Both the position numbers and the translations under genes were made by a program. A DNA stretch of 63,564 nt, the filler included, from Reclinomonas americana ATCC 50394 (lineage: Eukaryota), in assembly GCA_048213135.1 (NCBI GenBank). It is 8 parts of 4 records of this genome, joined end to end, with 100 filler letters (N's around TTAATTAATTAA, not from the genome) between each part and the next. Parts side by side here need not be neighbours in the genome. Positions count along the whole stretch, not along the records: positions 1 to 23,552 come from PS015493.1; 7 more parts are not named here. One strand, 5' to 3'. This document shows positions 1-13,601 of this stretch, piece by piece. Within the stretch, counting starts at the first letter, position 1. Every line of letters begins with the position of its first letter. The notes below the pieces were generated by a model. That model had not been told where the DNA came from. It did no database searches and was given only the letters and a program-made list of their open reading frames with translations.

Positions 1-3000
1 TAGCTGCAAGCACGAAGTATCAGAAGGCCGACTGGAAACGCGCTGTCGAAACACGACGAACCACACGAGGTGAGATGATCTCCGTGAAATGCGTGCTGAC
101 AACCGAGACGGGGCACTCTTCACGACCACGTCGCATCAGACTTCGAATGCAGCTGGCCAACAACGCAGCTCCGTCTGCAGTGGCGAGGGGATGAGGAGAT
201 GAACACATTGTATGTGAGAAACTAGTTGTCTGTGCAGGCCAGCACACCGGAAGCCAGTGTGCCCTTGCCGAACTCGTCCACCAGCACGAGCGAGCGCGAT
301 GTCGACTGGCGCAGGAGCGTGATCATTTGCTCGACGTCGACCGCAAACGTACTCTTCTCCAGTACCACCGACTCCTGACTGTGATGGATGAGCGCAAGGA
401 CTGTTGTTGCGAGGGGGCAGGGGAGAGACAAGTCTATACGTTTGGATACGCGTGAAAATGGCGTCGAATGGACTCAGTTCCATGCTCTCGGCCGGCACAA
501 ATGACCCGAGGTGCGCCATGAAGACAAGCAGGCCAATCTGAGGTTTGTGTTGAGTATGATGATGGAGGCATTCTCATCACCATCGGGCATACCTGCTTCA
601 GGTACACCGACTTGCCGGAGGAGTTTGGTCCGGTGAGCAGTGTGACACACCCACTGCCGTCGTCCTCGACGACAAAGTCGTTGGGTATGAATACGCTCAC
701 GCAGTGCTCCTGCAGTGGATGCCGGCCGGCCGTGATGCGCACGGCTCGTGATCCTGCACGCAGGCGAGGGCGAACGTAACCGTAGTCGCGTGCACAGCGC
801 GCCAGCGACACGACACTGCACGAATGGTCAGCAGTCGGTAACTGTCTTTGCTACCACCGCCACTCACCAGTCCAGCTCGCCCATGCGACGAGCCACGTCG
901 CTGAGACTGGGGCGTTGCGCAAGGACCAGTTCTTCCAGCTGTCGAATGATGCTGCTCTCGGTGTCTATTTGAAAGAGGGAAGATGATGAGTTCCTCCTGC
1001 AGCAATCACATATCGAAGAGTGAGTGATTCTCACCAACAATCTGGGTGTACACGTCGCCGAGTCGTTCGTCCAGCTCCAGCATACGAGGGTTCTTGAAGT
1101 ACACTGTGTCCTCGGAGGCAAAGTGCGGTGTGAGGCCACTGTCGGTCAGCTCGGCTCCAGTCACCGTAATGTCCTGGCGCGGAATGGCGATCGAGTAGCC
1201 GAGCTGCATGCAGCAGTGGTTCAGTGGATGATTGCAAGTTTCGTGCTAGCATGCTTACCTGCGGATAGTACACAACGCCGAGACTGCCAACCGTGGACGG
1301 CAACCGTCCAATCTCCTCCTCTCCCACTCGAGTCTGTACCACAAAAGGGAATGAGACTGCCATGGAGGAGACACTGGTAGTGCGCAGTATAGTAACGCAC
1401 CAGGAAGTCATCCAGTCCATCGTACAGGCGCTTCAACTCGTCCAGTTCCTCGTCGAGTCCACGCTGCACGACGACTCGGCCGGCGTCGCGTGTGGCCTGA
1501 ATGTCGACAGTGCGACTGATCCAGTGGAGGCACTCGTCCACGCTGCCGTCGATGGCGTCGCGCAACTGGGGGAAAGAGGCAAAGAAGGGGAGGCCAAGAG
1601 GCCAACAACATCAAGGTAAGGACTAAGAGTGCGTGTTTCAGACGGACCACTTTCGACATATGCACAGATACAGATCTACAGACTACACCAGAAAGTGAAC
1701 GCGTCTCAGGTTTTGGTGCTCACTCAAGTAATCATCATGCAGATCTGCAGACGTCTGCAGGTGTGCTGCTGTTATTGTTGTTATATGTGCGTGCTATTCC
1801 GATGATGCCCCAAGAGCAAAAGAGTAGTGAACAAGAGCGGAAGATGAATGGACATTGAGTGGAACATCAGAATACGCCGGTAACAAGCGGCAAGAGGCCA
1901 AGGTTGACGGAATGTTAAGTAGTGGGGTAAGCAGTGCACGGCAGCGATACATAGTTATGGACATTGAAGTGAAACATCAGGAAACATCGGCGACTAACGC
2001 AGCGACAAGAGGAGGCCAAGATTGATGTCAGGATAATGTAGTGGGGTAATCAGTGAAAGGCACGATACGAAGACAAATGGAGATCTGGACATTGAAGAGG
2101 AACATCAGGAAACATCAGCGACAAGAGGTCAGGGTTGATAACAGGTTGACGTAGTGGGAAAGGAGTGCAATGCAGCGATACGAAGTGTCGACGATCAACG
2201 GTCAATGGAAAGGACTGTTAGCAAAATTGCAATCGTGGTGATTCTCGTGCAACTGTGTCGACTGCTATGTGGACCATTACCCATTTGTGCACAAACCTCG
2301 TCCAACACAACTGGCAAGCTGCGCATTCGCTGAAGCACATCTCGGAGCTTCTCGAACGCCACCAGTGTCTGCAAGAGAGATGTGTGGGTACGAGGAAGCC
2401 TGTTTCCACAGGTAGCTGTGTGACGAACCCTCAACAACTTCTCCCACTCCTTGAATGCAGCGCGTCCAGTCTCAAAGTTGCGCAGGATGGAGTTGACGTT
2501 CTTGACGGTGCGCAAGCTGCACATCACCATCGTCAGCTGCGACTGCAATGCAGGACGAGTGGCAGTGCTGACTCACCAGTCTTGCACGTCAAACAGCACG
2601 TCCGTGTGCGCCGGATGGTTCAGGAACTCGATGCAGTCGTAGCGCTGATTCAGTGCGTCCATGTCGGTGAGTGGCTGCAAGAACCATTGCCTATGCATGA
2701 TTGTGTCAACAGTCAGGAGCAAGCAGTGATAGAGATCTAGATCTGCTGCATGAGTGAATGCAGACTTCATCTGTCGCTTGCCGGCGGCTGACACGGTCTT
2801 GTTGAGCAGGGCAAAGAGTGAGAGGCCTTCCTTTTGTTTGCCTGTGCGCGAGAGAGAGGATGAAAAAGGTTAAGTGGTTGCAGATCATTATTGATACTAC
2901 ACGTGCAGGAAGAGGAGGATAACAGAAACGTTCTTTTCTTCTGAATCTGAATCTAAATGCTGTGTAGAATCTGTAGAGATCTTTAAACTCAAGTCTTTCT

Positions 3001-3792
3001 CTCCTCCGTTATCGAACTGCTGAGCAGCACACGTCTCCTCATCGCTCTATGCACGAGAATAGCTTCAGTGTTTCTTTTCTCTTCCTTCGCCAACAAAGAG
3101 CAGCAAAGGAATGCTTTTTTGCTCAGCAACCGCACTGTGCCATACTCCCCCTTCTTCCCAAACTTACCGATGCCATGCGAGCTCGGGTGTGGATCCTCCT
3201 TAAATACTTGCAGTGCGCGCAGTGTTGTCATGTTTGTTCGCAACACTCCATGCCTACATGCCACGACAAGAGTGAGTGTTTCGTCTCCCTGTACAGTGAG
3301 GGCACTGTTGACAAGAAACACACAGTGAAAACTGTCGAATGCTGGAGATGCCAGCGAGATCCATGGCACCGTCGGCGAATGCGCTCTCGTCGAGTGGCAC
3401 CTCATGTCGCTGCAAGTAGACGCACAGGGCACCAAAGGCGCTGATCTGCTCGCAACATGTCAGCCAAGCACAAGCTGTTGCGCACGGTGATTGTCACCGA
3501 CCATCTCCTCGTTCTGCAAGTCAATGCCAGCCAGTCGGCGCCCGGTGCAGTGGCGCAGGTGCTCGCTCTCAAACTTGAACAACTGGGCGCGACCGCGTTC
3601 GACGGCAAAGTCGCGCTGCTTGAGGGTGTGCAGTCGATTGGCTGTGTGGCTGTCGCCGTCTTCGTCACCTGTGAGTGACAAGACGAGGTGATCAGAGGAG
3701 ACGGCGTTGGTGTCAACATGCAAAACGACAGCAGGACTGTCGAGGCAACAACAACAGCAACTACCAACAAGAACAACAAGGACAACAACAGC

Positions 3793-3858
<66 letters not shown>

Positions 3859-5208
3859 ACTGCTACTTCACAGCCGCTGATGCTACCACTCTACAACTGA
3901 AACCACCACAACTTTCACCACGGCCACTCCGACACTGCCAGCAGCAACGGCTGGAGAGGCACCACTATAATTTCTGCTACTACCAGCACTGCCACCACTG
4001 CTGTCACTACAACTATTACAACCACAAGCAGTAGCAAGAGCAACAACGACGCCGACAACGAAAGCAGTGTTGCACCACAGCCAGCAAGTGACAGGAGCAA
4101 CTAAAAAAGCAGCGCTGACTACCACAGACACCACGCGACCACAACAACAACAACGAACGACATCGAGTTGCTCACTTTGTCGGAGAATGGCCAGCAGGCG
4201 TGAGTCGCACTTGGCCGGGACGATGATGGTGCGCGACGGGAACTGCACGCGAACTGCCAGAGTGCAGGTGAGAGGACAGCGCACCGCCGATGTGCACGGT
4301 TGCGACAACATGTACACACCGAGTGAGGTCACCGCAAAGTCGTTCGCTTCGTTGGCTTGGGTGAGCAGTACGTGACCAGTGCTGCGCTGGTAGATTGCCA
4401 CACCGAGTCGGCCACCACGCCAGAAGAGAGCCACCGTGTGCTGTGCGTGCCAAGGTGAGTGTGATGTGAGGGAAGGGTGGAAACAAAGGAGAGAGCTGAT
4501 TGTGCAAGAAAACTGCTGAGGCAAGAGAAAAGCAGAAGCCTCGCTGGTGACCTATTCTCTCCCACGCACTGACTCTTTACCACACCGTAGAGCACCAACC
4601 AGGTGGCTGCTGTCGAAGAGAGGAAGCCACATATAAAAAGGACACGAGAGTGGTGCTCTCCTCTTTTCCAGCCAACTGCATGCTCTCACGTGTCTTCAAT
4701 GAGTGTCTCGTGCATGTGTTCACCATGTTGTACCGGTGACGAGGCGAGAGAGACAGGGCGAGAGAGTGATGGTTATTCCGAATTCCGGTTTCTCACCTCG
4801 TCTCCACTGCTCCCTCCGCCCTCCACGTCAGCTGCGCGTGGTGGAACAGCAGGGCCAGCACCAGCACGACCCACAAATTCCTCGCGTGCACCTCCATCAT
4901 GGTCCACATGCATCACTGTGGCGAGTTAGATCAGAGTCACTTTGATCACCCGCTGTCTCTCTCTTCTCCCCACTGCCTTACCATCCTCATCTCCATCACT
5001 GTCTTGCTCCACATCAGGTCCCAGTTCCTCACCAACCCGCCTCGCCAAGTCGTGAATCTCTTGCGAGTTGACAACCACTCCGCCTCCACCGAGGACAACT
5101 CGACGCTGCAAGCACTCTTTGTGTGAGAGAGCACAGAGACACACGTAGGTCGATGACTTCCAGAACGTTTCTCGTCGAGACTGGTGTGCGTTGGCTTCCG
5201 GATTGCAT
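1..5208 (-). CDS. MSH5: MutS homolog 5 (meiotic MutS-gamma subunit), multi-exon, 3' end runs off the window
   Basis: Spliced exons give TVALFWRGGRLGVAIYQ, LRALQVFKEDPHPSSHGIGKQKEGLSLFALLNKT, VVYYPQLGYSIAIP, AGRHPLQEHCVSVFIPND, Walker A LLTGPNSSGKSVYLKQIGL, HLGSFVPAE, STFAVDVEQM, LVLVDEFGKGT and VSTHF. Introns are GT-AG. The ATG at 5208 is inferred. Confidence 0.93.
1845..2185. repeat. Diverged repeat of about 110-130 bp, 3 copies, in an MSH5 intron
   Basis: GGACATTGA...AACATCAG...AGTGGG...CGATAC at about 1850, 1959 and 2087. Confidence 0.8.
3745..3850. repeat. (CAA)n(CAG)n microsatellite in an MSH5 intron
   Basis: Directly visible. Confidence 0.9.
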
Positions 5209-5648
5209 GCAATTGAAGAAAACTGGATGGAAAACCGGTCGATCGAGCAAAAAAACACCCAGTCCTGCAAATCGCAGAACTTTCGAAAGGGAAAGTGTCA
5301 GTGAGTACATGCGCAATGCCTGTGGGGCATTAGAAAGACGACTGTGGAACGCTTTGGAGTTGTCGGGAAAGCGAAATTTCCAAAATTCAACTTCTTTTCC
5401 CTCACTGCGAGCTATGCGGGGTGGTCGTTATGCTGTTGCGCTGCTGTCTCAATTGCAGACAGCAGTGTGGGGACAGCAGTGTGGGAACACAATTGAAGTG
5501 ATCTCACCAGACGGCCGATCGACGAGAACCCCAATTTGCCGCCATTTCGTTCTCACACACTCACACACACACTTTTACGTCGCGCATACACACTGCGCAC
5601 ACACACGCAAGCGCCTGTCGTGCATTCACACACACACACGCAGTGAGC

Positions 5649-7033
5649 ATGGCAGGGAAACAGGGCAAGGTTTGCACACACACATTGAACAACAAATTCG
5701 CGCTCACTCATGCACTCACACACACACTCTCTTCACAGTTCAATGTCGTCGCGCCACCCGTGGGCTCCTCCAGCTCCACCCCGCAACAAGCACCCTCACA
5801 CGTGCTCTTCTCCAAGTCGGCATCGACCACCACGATGAGCGCGCCCACTGGCAGTGGAGGTGGAGGTCGCGCATCCTCCACTCTCTCCTCCTCCTCTGGC
5901 TCATCCGCAACCGCCAATGCACTCGGTCCATCCGTCGCCGCCGGAGTTCTCATTCGCTCGGCACCTCCTGCGCCGTCATCGACGAACAGCACTCCGGCGT
6001 CATCTCCGCCACAGCGCTCTGGCAATGGAACTGTATCTGCTGCTTCTGGTGCTGGTAATAGCAGTGGGAACTCTCTGGCGCCGCCTGGTCGCGGACTTGG
6101 TGGCAGTGGTGATGAGCTGCCGACGTCGGTGTCGCTGGATATGACGGATTTTACGCTGGGAGAGTTGGATTTGACGACGGAGGTGGGTGGAGGAGGAGAG
6201 GGAGATAGGGAGAGGGAGGGAGGGAGAGGGAGGGAGGAGGGAATGGAAGGAGACATTGTCCCTCTCTTCGCTTGTCGCTCTCCCTCGCTGTCGCACTCTC
6301 ACCTTGTCGTGTCGCTCTTTCGCTGTCGCTCTCTCCTCGCTGTCGCTCTCTCCTCGCTGTCGCTCTCTCCTCGCTGTCGCTCTCTCCTCGCTGTCGCTCT
6401 CTCCTCGCTGTCGCTCTCTCCTCGCTGTCGCTCTCTCCTCGCTGTCGCTCTCTCCTCGCTGTCGCTCTCTCCTCGCTGTCGCTCTCTCCTCGCTGTCGCT
6501 CTCTCCTCNNNNNNNNNNNNNNNNNNNNNNNNNNNNNNNNNNNNNNNNNNNNNNNNNNNNNNNNNNNNNNNNNNNNNNNNNNNNNNNNNNNNNNNNNNNN
6601 NNNNNNNNNNNNNNNNNNNNNNNNNNNNNNNNNNNNNNNNNNNNNNNNNNNNNNNNNNNNNNNNNNNNNNNNNNNNNNNNNNNNNNNNNNNNNNNNNNNN
6701 NNNNNNNNNNNNNNNNNNNNNNNNNNNNNNNNNNNNNNNNNNNNNNNNNNNNNNNNNNNNNNNNNNNNNNNNNNNNNNNNNNNNNNNNNNNNNNNNNNNN
6801 NNNNNNNNNNNNNNNNNNNNNNNNNNNNNNNNNNNNNNNNNNNNNNNNNNNNNNNNNNNNNNNNNNNNNNNNNNNNNNNNNNNNNNNNNNNNNNNNNNNN
6901 NNNNNNNNNNNNNNNNNNNNNNNNNNNNNNNNNNNNNNNNNNNNNNNNNNNNNNNNNNNNNNNNNNNNNNNNNNNNNNNNNNNNNNNNNNNNNNNNNNNN
7001 NNTCTCTCTCGTCTCGTCTCTCTCTCGTCTCTC

Positions 7034-7121
<88 letters not shown>

Positions 7122-10100
7122 CGCTCTCTCTCTCACCATTTCGCTCTTTTCGCTGTCGCTCTCTCTCTCTCGTTGTCGCCCCCTCTCTCTCTCCTTCGCC
7201 GTGTCGCTCGCTCTCTCCCTCACTCCTCGCTCATCTCGATCACTCACTCTCCCGTCTTCTCTCTTCCCCTCCCCGCAGGAGTACAGCGTGGAGGACATTG
7301 AGGACGCGATTCTGTGGCTGGAGCAAAACGACGAGGCACGCGAAAAGATTGAACGAGTTGCGTGCCCTGCCCTGTCCGCTGCCTTACCCAGCCATCCTCT
7401 TGCTCACGCCTTTGCACTCTGTGCAGGGCCACGAGCTCGGTTTGATGGAGAATGTCATTCGCGAGGAGCTGGAGGCGCTGCAGTTCGAGTCCATTGAGGA
7501 TTGTTGCGTGGCTGTCCCTCGCACCGTCTGCACTATGTGTGAGTCCCCTCAACGCGCTCCCTCCTCCTCTCTGTGCGCATAGACATTAGCGTCGGCGAGG
7601 ATGTGGCGAGTTTGCATCTCAGCATTCGTCAATGTGATCGCGTGCTGGAGGAGATGGAGACCATGCTGGGCGGCTTCCAGGACGACCTGCGCAACATTGG
7701 TGCCGAAATCAAGCACCTGCAGGATCAGTCGTACACCATGAACATCAAGTTGAAGAATCGCACGGTGCGTGATCACACAGCTGGCGTTTCCTAACGTTCC
7801 TCATCAACTCACCCTTTCGCGACAGGAAATCTACGACCGCCTGTCCAGTTTTGCCGAGCGCGTGGTCGTGCCGCCAGAGTTGATGGAGTTGCGTGTGCTG
7901 GAGCAGGTCCCACGTCGTAAACATATGTCGGTCACTGACAGCGATGTACAGAAATCTGGTGGAGCGAGACGTGGACGACCGCTATCTCGAGTACTTGGTC
8001 GATGTGGACGCAAAGCTGTCGTTGATGAACCAGGTGGACTCGGGTCGCGGCTCCGACGGGCTCTCAAGATGCAAGTCGGTCGACGAGGTCCGACCCTTCC
8101 TGCACAAACTGCAGGAGAAGGTGGGTGGTGTGAGGGGAGAGGGGAAAAAGGAAGACGCATTGCTCATTTCTTCCCTGTTTTATTTTCGTCGCAGTCGGTG
8201 GCCAAAGTCCGTGATTTCCTTCTCACGCAAGTGGCTGGGTTGAAGAAGCCCAAGGTCAATCTGCAAATCTACCAGCAGCACAGCTTGGTGCGCTACAAGT
8301 TCTTCTTCGAGTTCCTCATCAAGTACAGCCCGGAGTGTGCGCATGAGGTGAGTTGGAAGAAGGGAAAGATGAAAGGGTGGTAAATGTTTGCCAATCACTC
8401 GCGTTTGTGACAGGTGGCCGAGTCATACGTCGACTCTGTGTCCAAGATCTTTTTGGCCCAGTTCAAGAGCTACCTGCAGGGGTTGATGAAACTGAAGGTG
8501 TGTGGGAGACAGCTCATGTATGAACGCAGTTCATTGCCCTGACCTGTCTCTTTCCGCAGCTCGATGTCGCTGGACCCAAAGATGTNNNNNNNNNNNNNNN
8601 NNNNNCTGGGTGTTTGTCTTTGTATCTGTCTGTCTGTCTGTCTGTCTGTCTGTCACTCTCTCTCACTCACTCACTCTCTCTCTCCTTCTTTCTCTCTGTG
8701 CGCAGGGTACACGCGAGACGGCCGACCCGGGCTCTGCCACCGCCTCAGGCGCCGCTGCTCCTTCGTTGCGTCAATCCTTAGCCAATTTACTTCGTTATAT
8801 CTGCAGTCCCTCACTCACCAACACCCACACAGAGGCAGCGCGCCGAATGCGGCAGGTGGATACTCGGAGAGGCACAGCTTTGATGTGCGTCGCGGCGCTG
8901 GTACCGCTGCCGCGGCTGCGGAGAGCACGATTGTGCCGTTTGTGGCTGGGCGCGAGAAGAAGAATTACTATTTCGAGCAGATTTTCAAGAGGTGTGTGCA
9001 AGGGTGGTGGATGGACAGATGGAGGGGCATTCTCTTCGTGTTACGCGAGGTCGTGTCACGGCATAGATAGTAACCGTTGAAAGGATTGTGCTCACGTGAC
9101 GAAGAGGGGCCTAATGCTGAAGGATCGTCTGCATAGCACAATGCTCTTCTTGCGTTGCACTGGGATGAGAGAAAAATGAGATGCTGGCACTGTGTAGAGA
9201 TCACCCTCTTATCTGCTGGCTTGTGTTCATGCCCAACGCCAGAATCCACGCTTGTAATTCTGTCACGTCGACCTCCTCTTATCCGACACCCTCTTCATCG
9301 CAGCTTCCACATCATGTTCATGGACGCCTCCACCACGGAGCTTGTGTTCCTGAAGGACTTTTTCGGCACCGACGACATTTTCATGCACGTGTTCTCCAAG
9401 ACGACGGCCTATTCCATGGTTCGCATTCTCCTCTCTGCCCATCCACGTGAGATGACGCACACTCTCACTCCGCATCTGTCTCCCACCGTACAGGAGGTCG
9501 TCACCGAGTACGTGGAGACCAGCTACGACGCGGTCGGCATTATGCTGTTGGCGCGCTTGATGCACCACTTCCACGTGGTGGCCGCCAGGCGCAACATTCA
9601 GATGCTGGATCCGTACTTTACCTCCATGAAGCAGCTGGTGTGGCCGCGGCTGCACGCGATTCTTGACACGCACGTGGAGAGCCTGCGCACGTGCCAGGCA
9701 CAGAGCCGCGATGTGCACCCTCATTATGTAAGTTGTTTCCCCTCCTCCTTGCCATCCACCTTCTTGTATGGCACTCACCACTCATGCGCAGGTCACCCGG
9801 CGCTTTGCCGAGCTGTCGGCCTCGCTGCACACGCTAAACATGCGTGATGTCAACGACCTGGTGCCGAAGCTGGAGGTGCTGCGTGTGGAGACGGAACGAT
9901 TCTTGCAGCGTGTGTGTCAGGAGGTTTGTTGTGCGCGTGAAGGGTGTGTGTGTGTGTGTGTGACACGAAGGGTGACGCACTTTGCTCATCATATTTGTGC
10001 TCAGTCATTCGCAAGGGAACGAGCACGCCTCGACCGCATGATCTTCCTGATCAACAACTTTGACTTGATTGCGCGCATCTACGAGGACCGCAACGTGGAG

Positions 10101-11963
10101 TCAGAGGACACGATGCGCATCACGGAGCTGCTGAAGACGCAGATGCACAACTTTGTCGATGAGTCGCTGACCAAGTTCTTTGGTCCGCTGGTGGGGTGCA
10201 TCAAGAAGTACGAGCCGAAGATCAAGCTGCAGTTTGAAGGTTTGTCGAGGGAAAGGGGATGAAGGGAAAGGGGATGAAGGGAAAGGGGATGAAGGGAAAG
10301 GGGATGAAGGGAAAGGGGATGAAGGGAAAGGGGATGAAGGGAAAGGGGATGAAGGGAACGAAGGGAAAGAGGATGAGGGGAAGGGGGATGAAGGTAAAGG
10401 GGATGAAGGGAACAAAGGGAAAGAGGATGAGGGGAAAGGGGATGAAGGAGAAGGGGATGAAGGGAAAGGGGATGAAGGGAAAGAGGATGAAGGGAAAGGG
10501 AAGGGGATGAAGGGAAAGGGAGGGAGGTAAGGGGATGAAGGGAAAGGGGACGAAGGGAAAGGGAAGGGGATGAAGGGAAAGGGAGGGAGGTAAGGGGAAA
10601 GGGAAGGAAATATGGTGTGGGAGAGTATGCGATAGAGACGCAAGAGGGAGACGAGGGTTGGCCCGGAAAGGGAGGTCAAAGAGAGGATAGGCGTGGGTTA
10701 GTCACAGCGAGTGCAGATGGGCGTGACATGTATCATGTGTGACGGTGGCAGAGGATGATTCGAGATGCTGTGTCTGTGAGAGTGTGTTTTAAAATGTTAA
10801 TCAAATGCAGCCAATCGGGACGATGTCAATGAGCGGATCCGCGACGAAAACCTGCAGAAAGTCGACGAACGTTTCGTCAAACCCCACACATGTGTGTCTC
10901 TACTCTGATGGCTGACAGTAATGGATGGGGTGCAGGGGAGATCCAGGGTGTCGTGCACCAATTCGCCGACTCGTGGAAGGCCAACATTGAGCAGATGCAT
11001 CGCGAGGTCATGGTGTTGTTCTCCAACTTCCGAACGGGATTGGAGATTCTGAATGGAGTTGCGTTGGATGAGGAGAGAGGCAGAGGGAGTGAGAGGGGAT
11101 TGAGAGGGAAAGGGGAAGGGGAGGGAGAGAGCGAGGAGAAAGAGAGGGAGAGGAGAGAGGAGAAGGAGAGAGGGTAAGGAGAGGGAGAGAACGATATGCT
11201 GACAGAGCGAATACAGTCAACGATCTGGTGCGGAAAGAAATAGTGGAGAGAATGGCGAGGAGCATTCGACAGAGAGAATCGAAACCAGAGCAGTGGTGCA
11301 TGCAAGAGGAGAGGAAACAGAGACAGAGGGTGTCGTGATCTTCGGAACACGACAATTATGGATGCAAGAGGCAAAGAAGTCGAGAAGCATGCGACAGATA
11401 GAAATACAATTAGAGCGATTGCATTCTTGCATCTTCAGAATAGAGAATCGTGCTCACCAGAGCACTCGTGACAGCTGAGTCGATAACCGTGTGAAAGTGA
11501 ACGCAGTACACGCACATGAGCAGTCGAGGAGCATCTGTTGAGAACAGCGACACCAGTGCGACTGTCGTGTAAGCCAGAGGGGCCGAATTAGAAAGAATGG
11601 AGGATAAGAAGAGTCAGCGACGCGTGAAGAATTGTTCTTGCTCCTTCGCCAACTGACTCACATGTTCTCCTCTTTGCTCCGCAGGTGCTCACCCAGTTGA
11701 TGATTTACAACACACGATTGGAGAAGATTGTGTCGGCAGTTGCGTCGCTCATGATTTGCTGTTTTGTGTGTTCCAGCTTGAACTCATTACGTGGGCGTTG
11801 CAGTGTTGGACGCATCCGCCGTTCCGCACCTCCATGGTTCGCCTGCCCTCTGCATTCTCACCAGCATGTGCCGCTCCCTCATTTCCACTCTTTCCTCCCT
11901 CTCGCGCAGGTCTCCAACAACGTCATTAGGTTCGAGTTCAAGACGTACACCAAGGATTTGTGA
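5649..11963 (+). CDS. VPS52: Vacuolar protein sorting 52 (GARP/EARP subunit), about 19 exons
   Basis: ESIEDYISVGEDVASLHLSIRQCDRVLEEMETMLGGFQDDLRNIGAEIKHLQDQS, AKVRDFLL, YYFEQIFKS, YDAVGIML, LVWPR, DVHPHYVTRRFAE, IFLINNFDLI, FSNFRTGLEIL. Stop TGA at 11961-11963. Confidence 0.95.
6320..6508. repeat. 18-bp minisatellite (CGCTGTCGCTCTCTCCTC)n in a VPS52 intron
   Basis: About 10 near-perfect copies running into an N gap. Confidence 0.95.
10248..10605. repeat. 15-bp G-rich minisatellite (GGGAAAGGGGATGAA)n in a VPS52 intron
   Basis: About 20 perfect to degenerate copies. Confidence 0.95.
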
Positions 11964-12055
11964 AGACGGCGACACGTGCTCGCCTGCACAACGGCAAGAA
12001 ATGAATCGCAGTATGGAGGGATTCTATTTTTCTCTCTCGTTGTTTACTCGTGCAC

Positions 12056-12396
12056 CTATGTCGATGACGCTGGAGGCGCCGGTGGTTCTGGCGCCGAGGG
12101 GGCGGCGGCCGCAGCTGCAGCCTTGCGTTTGTTTGCAGCACCACTGCCACTGCTGTGGGTGGCCGGCAGCAGGAACACAAACGAGCTGGCAAGTTCGTGG
12201 CGCATCGCGCCGTCGACGCGAGCGTCGTTGACCAGGAGTGGGTGGGTGAGCAGTTTCTGCAGCATGGGGGTGCTCTCCTCGGGCTTGCCCTTGACTTGCA
12301 GTTTGACTCGGTGGCCGCGGGTGAGCATCTGTGGTGGGGAAGGGTGGGCGAGGGGGAAGGGTGGGCACGGGGGAAGGGTGGGTGGGAAGGGAGACG

Positions 12397-12436
<40 letters not shown>

Positions 12437-13532
12437 GAGAGAGAGAGAGACGACGACGGACGGAAGGAGGAGGACGAGAGAGACGAGTAGACGACGACGT
12501 AGTAGTAAGAGTAGTAGGTACGGGTACGGGAACGGGTACGGGTCGGCGGTACGGNNNNNNNNNNNNNNNNNNNNNNNNNNNNNNNNNNNNNNNNNNNNNN
12601 NNNNNNNNNNNNNNNNNNNNNNNNNNNNNNNNNNNNNNNNNNNNNNNNNNNNNNNNNNNNNNNNNNNNNNNNNNNNNNNNNNNNNNNNNNNNNNNNNNNN
12701 NNNNNNNNNNNNNNNNNNNNNNNNNNNNNNNNNNNNNNNNNNNNNNNNNNNNNNNNNNNNNNNNNNNNNNNNNNNNNNNNNNNNNNNNNNNNNNNNNNNN
12801 NNNNNNNNNNNNNNNNNNNNNNNNNNNNNNNNNNNNNNNNNNNNNNNNNNNNNNNNNNNNNNNNNNNNNNNNNNNNNNNNNNNNNNNNNNNNNNNNNNNN
12901 NNNNNNNNNNNNNNNNNNNNNNNNNNNNNNNNNNNNNNNNNNNNNNNNNNNNNNNNNNNNNNNNNNNNNNNNNNNNNNNNNNNNNNNNNNNNNNNNNNNN
13001 NNNNNNNNNNNNNNNNNNNNNNNNNNNNNNNNNNNNNNNNNNNNNNNNNNNNNNNNNNNNNNNNNNNNNNNNNNNNNNNNNNNNNNNNNNNNNNNNNNNN
13101 NNNNNNNNNNNNNNNNNNNNNNNNNNNNNNNNNNNNNNNNNNNNNNNNNNNNNNNNNNNNNNNNNNNNNNNNNNNNNNNNNNNNNNNNNNNNNNNNNNNN
13201 NNNNNNNNNNNNNNNNNNNNNNNNNNNNNNNNNNNNNNNNNNNNNNNNNNNNNNNNNNNNNNNNNNNNNNNNNNNNNNNNNNNNNNNNNNNNNNNNNNNN
13301 NNNNNNNNNNNNNNNNNNNNNNNNNNNNNNNNNNNNNNNNNNNNNNNNNNNNNNNNNNNNNNNNNNNNNNNNNNNNNNNNNNNNNNNNNNNNNNNNNNNN
13401 NNNNNNNNNNNNNNNNNNNNNNNNNNNNNNNNNNNNNNNNNNNNNNNNNNNNNNNNNNNNNNNNNNNNNNNNNNNNNNNNNNNNNNNNNNNNNNNNNNNN
13501 NNNNNNNNNNNNNNNNNNNNNNNNNNNNNNNN

Positions 13533-13601
<69 letters not shown>

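Noticed and set aside
3402..4100. Poly-Q and poly-L ORFs
   Set aside because: Translations of an intronic CAA/CAG microsatellite.
4800..4985. Stop-codon reassignment or a separate signal-peptide ORF at the MSH5 5' end
   Set aside because: The acceptor at about 4917 (after CTAAC) gives an open frame. TAA, TAG and TGA all end genes in this window.
7503..7582. Non-canonical TT-starting introns (G|TTGCGT)
   Set aside because: They would need non-AG 3' ends and would change conserved Tyr to Cys in VPS52 and DOCK. GT-AG fits better.
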